The notes under the pieces: generated by a model
The model's input: only the letters and a program-made list of their open reading frames with translations
Database searches by the model: none
Told to the model about the DNA's origin: nothing
Shown here: positions 30,321 through 38,069 of the stretch, piece by piece
How positions within the stretch are numbered: position 1 is the first letter of the stretch
Layout: each line of letters starts with the position of its first letter
Source: Patescibacteria group bacterium
Lineage (GTDB): Bacteria; Patescibacteriota; Patescibacteriia; UBA9934; GWF2-40-263
NCBI GenBank assembly: GCA_038065075.1
Contig: JBBTRQ010000019.1
Coordinates: 9,456 to 73,455 of the forward strand
Reading direction: 5' to 3'
Length of the DNA: 64,000 nt
Made by a program: the position numbers and the translations under genes

Positions 30321-31352
30321 CTACCAGATCGCCGCGGCCAGTGCCTCGGGGGTGAGGATGGTGTTGCGTCCCAAGTCCGGACAACCGAAGTCCAAGAGAC
30401 AGGGGGCATAGCAGTCGGACGATCTTGCCGGACACTGTGTGCGGTTCTTGGAAACCAGCAGTCCCTTGCCATCATCCACGGGGATGACCGCGTCGACCAC
30501 TTCCCAGAAGTCCGTAAGCGCAAGCTCCAGCTGACCATCCGGCCAGCTCATGGCGTGCAGGCAGCCGCCTCCGCGGGTGCCATCCACGACCAAGGTGTCC
30601 CACTGCCCCACGAACAGGGTGTTTCCTGTGAAGATAAGTGCGCGAATCTCTCCGCGTGAGTGAGCGGTGAGCTCCGGCCTGTGGCGTGCCGCTCCAGTCC
30701 TCACGTCCACCAGGTGGATCTGTCCGCCTTGTGTCCCACACAGAAGCTCTCCCTTAGGCGTGAAGGTGAGAGCCCAGATGCTGGAGTCCAGCCGGAGGCT
30801 ATGGAGAGTATGGAATCTGCCATCTCCCTGCCTTGAGAGGATCTTCAGGTATCCATCCCACATCCCCACCGCCAGGATGGAACCGTCTGAAGAGAATGCC
30901 AAGCGCAAGATCTGACCCTCAAACCCCTCGAGGCACCGGAAGGTATCGCTCCCGGGATATCTCAAGAAGAGCACATTCTCGTCACCCCCTGTGGCAAGGA
31001 TGCCGTCCTGGGACAGGGCGAGGTGGTTGACAGACCAACTGGAGCTCACAATCGGTTCACCTCTTTGGCACAGATACTCCACATCCCACTCACGCAGGGT
31101 GTGGTCGTGGCTGCACGAGTAGAGGGTGCGGCCATCAGACGAGAGCGCGAGGCCGGCTACACTGTCGGTATGCCCTTCAAGGACACTACAAACTTCCCCG
31201 GTCTCCACACTCCACAGATGGATACGAGGATCCGCGTTGAATCCCCCGCCCGCCAGTGTCTTCTCGTCCTGGGACAGAGCCAGGCACCAGATCCAGCTAT
31301 TGTGCCCCCTGAACAATCGCCGAGTGGTCGGCTCGGAAACGATGCGGGTCAT
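30321..31352 (-). CDS. WD40 beta-propeller protein (7 repeats), paralog 1, with a conserved Cys-containing C-terminal tail
   Basis: Repeated GH...WD units (GHTDSVAGLALSSDGRTLYSCSHDHTLREWDV etc.). Start set at MTRIVSEPTTRRLF, preceded by AAAGGAGACCACC. C-terminal tail is YAPCLLDFGCPDLGRNTILTPEALAAAIW. Confidence 0.7.
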   Translation of the reverse strand: MTRIVSEPTTRRLFRGHNSWIWCLALSQDEKTLAGGGFNADPRIHLWSVETGEVCSVLEGHTDSVAGLALSSDGRTLYSCSHDHTLREWDVEYLCQRGEPIVSSSWSVNHLALSQDGILATGGDENVLFLRYPGSDTFRCLEGFEGQILRLAFSSDGSILAVGMWDGYLKILSRQGDGRFHTLHSLRLDSSIWALTFTPKGELLCGTQGGQIHLVDVRTGAARHRPELTAHSRGEIRALIFTGNTLFVGQWDTLVVDGTRGGGCLHAMSWPDGQLELALTDFWEVVDAVIPVDDGKGLLVSKNRTQCPARSSDCYAPCLLDFGCPDLGRNTILTPEALAAAIW

Positions 31353-31478
31353 GGTGGTCTCCTTTGAATGAACGTCTTGACCATGAAAGGTCGATGGCTC
31401 GCAGGGGCGAGCGTCAACCTCTCGTGGAAAAGGCCTAACGAGTTGCGTGTCGCTAGGCATGTGGTGGTAGTGCCCGTT
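31353..31478 (-). repeat. Conserved terminator/leader module, copy 1
   Basis: On the minus strand: terminator hairpin GCCTAGCGA..TCGTTAGGCC + TTTTCC, then hairpin GCTCGCCCCTGCGAGC, then AAAGGAGACCACC-ATG. Near-identical copies at 32511-32645, 35310-35457, 36490-36590. Confidence 0.7.
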
Positions 31479-32510
31479 CTACCACCTCGCCGCGGCTCGT
31501 GCCTCGGGAGTGAGGATGGTGTGGCGTCCCAGATCCGGACAACCGAAGTCCAAGAGACAGGGGGCGTAGCGGTCGGGCGACTCGGCCGGACTTTGCGTGC
31601 GGTTCTTGGAGACCAGCAGACTCTGGCCACCATTCACGGGGATGACCGCGTTAACCCATCCCCAGAAGTCCGTAAGTGCAAGCTCCAGCGCACCATCCGG
31701 CCAGCTCACGGCGTGCAGGCGACCGCTTCCGCGGGTGCCATCAGCGACCGAGGTGTCACACTGCCCCACGAGCAGGGAGTTTCGCGTGAACGCGAGCGCG
31801 TGGATCTCTCCGCGTGTGTGAACGGTGAGCTCCGGCCTGTGGCGTGACACTCCCGTCCTCACGTCCACCAGATGGATCTGTCCGCCCTCTGTCCCACACA
31901 GAAGCTCTCCCTCCGGCGTGAAGGTGAGAGCCCAGATGATCGAGTCCAGCTGGAGGCTGTGGAGAGTCTGGAATCTGCAATCTTCCTGCCTTGAGAGGAT
32001 CTTCAGGTGTCCATCCCACATCCCCACCGCCAGGATGGAACCGTCTGAAGAGAGCGCCAAGCGCAAGATCTGACCCTCAAACCTCTCGATACACCGGAAG
32101 GTATGGCTCCCGGGGTTTCTCAAGAAGAGCGTCTTCTCATCACCCCCTGTGGCAAGAGTGCCGTCCTGGGACAGGGCGAGGTGGTTGAAAGGCTGCTTCG
32201 AGCGCAAAGTCGGTTCACCTCTTTGACGCAGATGCTCCATGTCCCACTCGCGCAGAGTGTTGTCGTGGCTGCACGAGTAGAGGGTCTTGTCATCAGGCGA
32301 GAACGCGAGGCCGGTGACACTGTCTGTGTGCCCTTCAAGGACACCACGAACTTCTCCGGTCTCCACGCTCCATAGGTGGATCCGAGGATCTGCTCCTGAA
32401 CCCCCGCCCGCCAGTGTCTTCCCGTCTTGGGACAGAGCAAGGCGCCAGATCCAGCCGAGGTGTCCATTGAACAATCGCCGAGTGGTTGGCTCGGAGATGG
32501 TACGGGTCAT
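31479..32510 (-). CDS. WD40 beta-propeller protein, paralog 2
   Basis: Same architecture and C-terminal tail as paralog 1 (MTRTISEPTTRRLFNGH...). Confidence 0.7.
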   Translation of the reverse strand: MTRTISEPTTRRLFNGHLGWIWRLALSQDGKTLAGGGSGADPRIHLWSVETGEVRGVLEGHTDSVTGLAFSPDDKTLYSCSHDNTLREWDMEHLRQRGEPTLRSKQPFNHLALSQDGTLATGGDEKTLFLRNPGSHTFRCIERFEGQILRLALSSDGSILAVGMWDGHLKILSRQEDCRFQTLHSLQLDSIIWALTFTPEGELLCGTEGGQIHLVDVRTGVSRHRPELTVHTRGEIHALAFTRNSLLVGQCDTSVADGTRGSGRLHAVSWPDGALELALTDFWGWVNAVIPVNGGQSLLVSKNRTQSPAESPDRYAPCLLDFGCPDLGRHTILTPEARAAARW

Positions 32511-32645
32511 GATGGTCTCCTTTGAATGAACGTCTTGACCATGAAAGGTCGATGACTCGCCAGGGGCGAGCGTCAACCTCTCGTGGAAAAGGCCTAGCGA
32601 GAGCGTGTCGCTAGGCGTGCGGCTTGTGAGCCACGTGGTTGGTGA
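32511..32645 (-). repeat. Conserved terminator/leader module, copy 2
   Basis: See copy 1. Confidence 0.7.
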
Positions 32646-35309
32646 CTAATTCGTCACCGATGGCTTAACCGGCGGGATGACCTGCATACGGATGTCAGAC
32701 TCCTCTCCGTGCTGCTTGAGCACCTCCAGCGCCCACTCCACCTCGTCCCGCGCGTTGGCGGGCAGAAGCGCTCTGGAGCGCGCGTTGGCTACGGCCAACA
32801 GGGTCATGCGGGCGATTTGCGTTTGCTGTGCCTGCGGCATGTAATCGCCGATGGCCCAGAGCAGATCATCACGATTCACGCCAGGCTCCCCGTGCGTGTC
32901 GGCGTGCCGGACGATCACCTCGATGTCCGCGCCGGAGAGGCGCTTGGTCTTGTCGGCGAACTCCGTGAAGTCCGTGATGTCCGTGGTGAACCCGCCGCGC
33001 CGAATCATCACGCGGAACAAGGCTTCACGGGTCGTGGCATCGGGCATGAGCACCGGGATGACTTCGTCGCTTCGACCGGCACGCAGCATGGCCGCGTCGA
33101 TGAGATCCGGTCGGTTGCTGGCCGTCATGTAGAACACGCGGCCTCGGATGGTCGGATCGGCGAGGAAGGTCATCCACGCCTGACGCGTCCGGTTGGACAC
33201 ACCCGAGTCGCCGCTGAATCCATCGCGTCCGCCGTCGTTCTGATCGATCTCGTCCTGGAATACCACGCACGGCGCCATCAACCTTACGGCCTCCAGCTGG
33301 TCGTGCACGTTGCGCTCCGATGAGCCAACCCACATCTGTTGAGTGTGGCGAGGGATCAGCAGCAAGAGACCGGAGGCGTGCGCCAACGCCGTCGCCAGCG
33401 CACTCTTGCCGGTACCGGGCGGTCCCAGCAGTGCACACCCCATGGGCACTCGCGAGAGGTCGCCCGTGCGCATGCGCTCGCAGACGTCCAGGAGAAACGT
33501 CTTGACGCCGTCGAGTCCGGCGATGCCGTCAAACCCGTAGGGTGGGTCGATCACCTCAAACAGATGCCCGAAGCGCTCGTTGAGGATGACCAGCCTGTGT
33601 GCGACCACGTCCTTGTGGGACAGCGGCTGGTTGCCGGCCTGCGCGCGACGAAGCAGACGGCGCAGATCGCGGTAGCCCATGTTGCCGGTCAGACGAGCCA
33701 GCTCGACAACCCCCATGGTGGGCGTGTCGAACAACGATTCGTCGTCACGGGTTGCCGTGAGCCGTCGATGCTGCTCGCGCAAGTCGGTTAGTGTCTCGCT
33801 GGAGAGGTTCGGAAGACGAGCCTTGCTGTCTCGCAGTGTCTGCGCCAACTGCTGCGCGATCCGTGTGTGGTCCTCTTGCAGCTCCTGCAACCGACTCACA
33901 GCCGCTGTCGTCAGCCGATCGAGCTCGCTTTGCGCCTCTCGGATCGACGCCGGCTCGCTCGAGCACAGCGCCTCCAAGTTCCGTTGCAGCTCCTCCAGAC
34001 ACTCTGTTGCCTGCTTTCGAGCAAACGGCTTCACCGTTAGGCAAGCGACGTTGTCGGCATTGGCCACGCAGATGTCGGCGTCGTTTGCCTTGAAGCGCAT
34101 CACCAGCAATCCGCCCTCAAAGAAGAATTGGGCGGGGATGCTGGAGTTACGCGAGTCGGTGACCGGCTTGTTCGGGTTCGCCCCGCTGGCGAACTGCACT
34201 CCGCTACGTCTCGTCGCGCTCTTGAGCACAGTGAAGCGCTGTGCCCCACCACGCGAGTCCTGGACACTGACCATATCGCCGGGCGCCAAATTGGCCCAGC
34301 GAGCCTCGTCAAGAGACGCGTCATCGGTCAGGAGAGGATCGCTCCGCAGCTGTGCGCCAAGGGCATCGATCTGCGCTTGGAGATTCGCCAACTGCCCGGC
34401 ATTATCCGCGTTGAGGGACTGCCGCAGAGCCGTAAGCGAGGATCGGCACCGCTTCACGGCCGCCAGATGCCCCTTGTACTCACCGTCTTGCTTGAGGGAC
34501 TTGCGTAGGGCGCTGTGCCGTTCGTCTGCCGTCCGAGCCGCAACGATGTCGTCATTCGCTCGCGCTTGCAGTACTTGGATCTCCTCGGCGATCTGCATCT
34601 CCAGCTCTTGCTGGCGCTGCAGGCCACTGTCCGTCCTACACACCCGGCGCAAGTAAGCCTCACGCTCCGCCTGAAGGGGGGGATCCACCTTGATCAAGCA
34701 GATGGGCGAGCTGCTGTCGCGCAGCATCTGGGGCAACAAGCCGGAAGATCTGGCGCTCATGAGCACCAAATGGCCGACGATCCCAAAGGCATCGTCTTCC
34801 GCCATTCGCCGGATGAGCAACGGCGTACGCGACGACATGGCGCCGGCAGGGGAACTGTCGTCCAGACAGTAGGTGTCGACATTGGGCAGAATCACCGTGA
34901 AGCGAACCGAATCGCCGACGGCGTGCCGCAGCACGTTCATGATCTGCGACAAAGCCCCGGTGGGATCCGTCGTCTGCTCGACCCTCGACGCCACCTGCGC
35001 TCGCGCGCGGGCGATGGGATCGTCAGCTTCACCGGCAGACTGCCGGTTCTTCTTAAGCAGCTCCCCGAACGCCTCATGATCTTCGTCTCTGGGGAAGCTC
35101 AAGCCCAGAGCCGGATCAAACACGACGAAACGACGATCGGGCTCCTGCCTGACCAACGCGTCGAGTACCAGCCGGTGCCAAGGCAACAGCGCCATGGATG
35201 ACGCATCGGTCGTATTGGGGAAGCCGTCTGCGACGTTCCCGTCAAACAGGAAGCAGAAATGGCACCTGGCGCGCTCCTGCTCGAAGGTTCTCATCCAAGA
35301 TGGAGTCAT
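32646..35309 (-). CDS. Large (≈887 aa) protein: N-terminal unknown region + extensive coiled coils + C-terminal classical AAA ATPase domain
   Basis: Walker A GPPGTGKS, Walker B VVFQDEID, second region of homology RPDLIDAAMLRAGRSDEVIPV. Heptad-rich Q/L/A segments lie upstream. Start set at MTPSWMRTFEQ behind GGAGAAGAG. Confidence 0.7.
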   Translation of the reverse strand: MTPSWMRTFEQERARCHFCFLFDGNVADGFPNTTDASSMALLPWHRLVLDALVRQEPDRRFVVFDPALGLSFPRDEDHEAFGELLKKNRQSAGEADDPIARARAQVASRVEQTTDPTGALSQIMNVLRHAVGDSVRFTVILPNVDTYCLDDSSPAGAMSSRTPLLIRRMAEDDAFGIVGHLVLMSARSSGLLPQMLRDSSSPICLIKVDPPLQAEREAYLRRVCRTDSGLQRQQELEMQIAEEIQVLQARANDDIVAARTADERHSALRKSLKQDGEYKGHLAAVKRCRSSLTALRQSLNADNAGQLANLQAQIDALGAQLRSDPLLTDDASLDEARWANLAPGDMVSVQDSRGGAQRFTVLKSATRRSGVQFASGANPNKPVTDSRNSSIPAQFFFEGGLLVMRFKANDADICVANADNVACLTVKPFARKQATECLEELQRNLEALCSSEPASIREAQSELDRLTTAAVSRLQELQEDHTRIAQQLAQTLRDSKARLPNLSSETLTDLREQHRRLTATRDDESLFDTPTMGVVELARLTGNMGYRDLRRLLRRAQAGNQPLSHKDVVAHRLVILNERFGHLFEVIDPPYGFDGIAGLDGVKTFLLDVCERMRTGDLSRVPMGCALLGPPGTGKSALATALAHASGLLLLIPRHTQQMWVGSSERNVHDQLEAVRLMAPCVVFQDEIDQNDGGRDGFSGDSGVSNRTRQAWMTFLADPTIRGRVFYMTASNRPDLIDAAMLRAGRSDEVIPVLMPDATTREALFRVMIRRGGFTTDITDFTEFADKTKRLSGADIEVIVRHADTHGEPGVNRDDLLWAIGDYMPQAQQTQIARMTLLAVANARSRALLPANARDEVEWALEVLKQHGEESDIRMQVIPPVKPSVTN

Positions 35310-35457
35310 GACTCTTCTCCTCGTGTGGTGTGGGTTGGAAATTGAATGAACGTCTTGACCATGAGGGGTCGATGGCTCGCAGGGGCGAGCGTCAACCTCT
35401 CGTGGAAAAGGCCTAGCGAGCAGCGTGTCGCTAGGCATGCGGTGGGTAGTGCCCGTT
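35310..35457 (-). repeat. Conserved terminator/leader module, copy 3
   Basis: See copy 1. Confidence 0.65.
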
Positions 35458-36489
35458 CTACCACACCGCCGCGGCCAGTGCCTCAGGGGTGAGGATGGTG
35501 TTGCGCCCCAGACCCGGATAGCCAAAGTCCAAGAGACAGGGGGCGTAGCGGTCGGACGATCTTGCCGGACACTCCATGCGGTTCTTGGAAACCAGCAGTC
35601 CCTTGCCACCATTCACAGGGATGATCACGTCGACCCCTCCCCAGAAGTCCGTAGGGGCAAGCTCCAGCTGACCATCCGGCCAGCTCATGGCGTGCAGGCG
35701 GCCAAGTCCGCGGGTTCCATCCGTAATCGAAGTATCCTGCTGCCCCACAAGCAGAGCGTTTCGCGTGAACGCAAGCGCGCAGATCTCTCCACGTGTGCGA
35801 ACGGTGAGCTCTGGCCTGTGGCGTGACTCTCCCGTCCTCACGTCCACCAGGTGAATCTGCCCGCCTCCTGTCCCGCATAGGAGCTCTCCATCCGGCGTGA
35901 AGGTGAGCACCCAGATGCTTGAATCCAGCCGGAAGCGGTGGAGAGTCTGGAAGCTGCCATCTTCTTGCCTTGAGAGGACTCGCAGATGGCCGTAAGCCCT
36001 CCCCACCGCCAGGGTGGAACCGTCTGCAGAGAATGCCAGGCACCGGATCCAATTCTCGAACCCCTCGATGCGCTGGACGGTTTTGCTCCCGGGACGTCTC
36101 AAGAAGACAACGCCATCGCCACCTCCTGTGGCGAGTGTGCCGTCCTGGGACAGGGCGAGGTGACTGAGAGTACCCCTCGAACTCACAATCGGTTCACCTC
36201 TTTGGCGCAGATGCTTCACATCCCACTCACGCAGGGTGTGGTCGTAGCTGCACGAGTAGAGGGTGCGGCCATCATGCGAGAACGCGAGGCCGGTGACACT
36301 GTCTGTGTGCCCTTCAAGGACACCACGAACTTCCCCGGTCTCCACGCTCCATAGGTGGATACGAGGATCAAATCCTGAACCCCCGCCTGCCAGTGTCTTC
36401 CCGTCTGGGGACAGAGCAAGGCACCAGATCCAGCTGTTGTGTCCCCTGAACAATCGCCGAGTGGTTGGCTCGGAAACGGTACGGGTCAT
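35458..36489 (-). CDS. WD40 beta-propeller protein, paralog 3
   Basis: MTRTVSEPTTRRLFRGHNSWIWCLALSPDGKTLAGGG... with the same C-terminal tail. Confidence 0.7.
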   Translation of the reverse strand: MTRTVSEPTTRRLFRGHNSWIWCLALSPDGKTLAGGGSGFDPRIHLWSVETGEVRGVLEGHTDSVTGLAFSHDGRTLYSCSYDHTLREWDVKHLRQRGEPIVSSRGTLSHLALSQDGTLATGGGDGVVFLRRPGSKTVQRIEGFENWIRCLAFSADGSTLAVGRAYGHLRVLSRQEDGSFQTLHRFRLDSSIWVLTFTPDGELLCGTGGGQIHLVDVRTGESRHRPELTVRTRGEICALAFTRNALLVGQQDTSITDGTRGLGRLHAMSWPDGQLELAPTDFWGGVDVIIPVNGGKGLLVSKNRMECPARSSDRYAPCLLDFGYPGLGRNTILTPEALAAAVW

Positions 36490-36590
36490 GGTGGTCTCCT
36501 TTGAATGAACGTCTTGACCATGAAAGGTCAACGGCTCACCAGGGGCGAGCGTCGACCTCTCGTGGAAAAGGCCTAGCGAGTTGCGTGTCG
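36490..36590 (-). repeat. Conserved terminator/leader module, copy 4
   Basis: See copy 1. Confidence 0.65.
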
Positions 36591-37193
36591 CTAGGCATGC
36601 GAACCAAGACCCAACAGTCGTAGAACACTGGCGATTCGTCCGTGATCCGTCACGCCGTGCGAGACCACTTGACCGCCATCGATCTCCAGCGCGATGACGC
36701 TGTCCAAATCCTCTGAACGGTATCGCCCTGTCAACAGATGCACTCTCTGGTTACTACTTCCTCGCAGGGGAAGGTTGTCCACGGCCAAGAGTTGCACGAA
36801 CCGACCGTCGATAAGCACGTCCAGTTCTCGCAGAAGTTCGCGCGCCCCATCCGGCGCATGGGCACCGCGCAAGAACTTCCGTGTGTAGCCTGACCAGCAC
36901 AGCACGGACAGACCCTGCTCCTTGGCCGCGTGCGCGATCTGCGCAAGCGCCCGAGCTTGCTCAAAGGGCTCGCCTCCGGAGAAGCTCACGCCTTCGATCC
37001 CGAATCGTTCTTGCGCTTGCGCGATGCATGTGATCAACGCGTCGACAGCGACGAGGTTCCCTCCATCGCCCCAGAGCTCCGGCGTGGTGCAACCATGGCA
37101 GCCGATGGTGCAGCCCTTGACCCAAAGACACAGGCGCTGACCCGGACCCATGGCAGGCGTGCACTCGACCACGCGCCCGACGCGCAGGATCAT
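36591..37193 (-). CDS. Small radical-SAM / 4Fe-4S single-cluster protein of the NrdG / QueE activase type
   Basis: 'GPGQRLCLWVKGCTIGCHGCTTPELW' gives C-x3-C-x2-C in the NrdG/QueE-like context. About 200 aa. Confidence 0.55.
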   Translation of the reverse strand: MILRVGRVVECTPAMGPGQRLCLWVKGCTIGCHGCTTPELWGDGGNLVAVDALITCIAQAQERFGIEGVSFSGGEPFEQARALAQIAHAAKEQGLSVLCWSGYTRKFLRGAHAPDGARELLRELDVLIDGRFVQLLAVDNLPLRGSSNQRVHLLTGRYRSEDLDSVIALEIDGGQVVSHGVTDHGRIASVLRLLGLGSHA

Positions 37194-37402
37194 CCTCCAC
37201 CTCTGACCTTCCCACCGGATGGGACGGGAATGGGCGGAGCGCTTGCGTCGGGCACGTTCATCTCGTCAACACGTCCGCCCAACAACGCCAGGATGGCGCG
37301 CAGGCGTCGAGCCTCCTCCTGGCAGACGCCCGGAAGCGCTTCGACTTGGATGTCCACCGTGCCGTCGCCCTTCACGACGACGATGATCTCTCTGGCGCTC
37401 AT
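37190..37402 (-). CDS. Small protein (70 aa), translationally coupled to the radical-SAM gene
   Basis: 4-nt overlaps on both sides. Ends in a Pro/Gly-rich tail (PPIPVPSGGKVRGGG). Confidence 0.3.
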   Translation of the reverse strand: MSAREIIVVVKGDGTVDIQVEALPGVCQEEARRLRAILALLGGRVDEMNVPDASAPPIPVPSGGKVRGGG

Positions 37403-37965
37403 ACGTCCACCTTTCGGCCGACGATGACCAGGGCGCCGTCGGCTCCGCGCGTTTCCACGATGTCATCGACACAGAGAATCTGCATGGCCGCACGCATCTG
37501 CTGCTCATGAAAGTGACGCCGCAGACAGTCCTTCCACTGTGCAAGCTCGGCAGGGTGGCACTGCTGCGTTCCCGTGTTCCAGAACTGAAAGAAGGTGCCG
37601 TCCTCTCGGATCCCAACCCCCAACTGGAGGAATGTCCCGTTATTGAGCACGCCAAGAACTTCGCCTTGGTCCGGATCGCCGCTCTTGGAGCCGTAGGTGC
37701 TGGCGTTGTCGTAGCTCTTGGCGCATGTGCAACCCATCTCTTGCGCGGCTGCCGCAAGCGCTTGGCGCATGGCGTGGGCACGCACCTCCTGCCAATTGAT
37801 GGCGGCCAGATCCGCATCCTGCGCGCCGATCTGACCTAGTGCGCCCGTGACGGATCCGGCATCGGCGATCTCTCCGATGTGGAGCTTGTGATAGTGCAGA
37901 GACACCTGTCCTCCTGTGGGGAAGGTTATTCCATGGACAAAAGAGACGATTTTTCCCTTTGCCAA
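37399..37965 (-). CDS. Hypothetical protein (188 aa), first gene of the radical-SAM operon
   Basis: No recognisable motif. Overlapping stops and starts indicate an operon. Confidence 0.35.
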   Translation of the reverse strand: MAKGKIVSFVHGITFPTGGQVSLHYHKLHIGEIADAGSVTGALGQIGAQDADLAAINWQEVRAHAMRQALAAAAQEMGCTCAKSYDNASTYGSKSGDPDQGEVLGVLNNGTFLQLGVGIREDGTFFQFWNTGTQQCHPAELAQWKDCLRRHFHEQQMRAAMQILCVDDIVETRGADGALVIVGRKVDV

Positions 37966-38069
37966 GGAGAAACGTTTTTATATCAAAAACGCGAATGTGT
38001 CAATGAAAAATCCCGGACATCTAATCCGAGATATTCTGCTAGAAAGGTCTCTACAATATGATCACCTAC

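Noticed and set aside
30250-36531. Many 60-190-aa ORFs in other frames and strands inside the WD40 and AAA genes (e.g. 30300-30659, 31368-31847, 35483-36052, 33679-34656)
   Set aside because: They overlap well-supported WD40/AAA frames and have R/P/G-rich composition. They are GC-driven artefacts.
31353-36590. Possibility that the four ~125-nt repeated modules form a CRISPR-like array
   Set aside because: The units are 125 nt long, separated by 1-2.7-kb protein-coding genes, and contain SD sequences and start codons. They are duplicated gene leaders, not CRISPR repeats. No cas genes are present.
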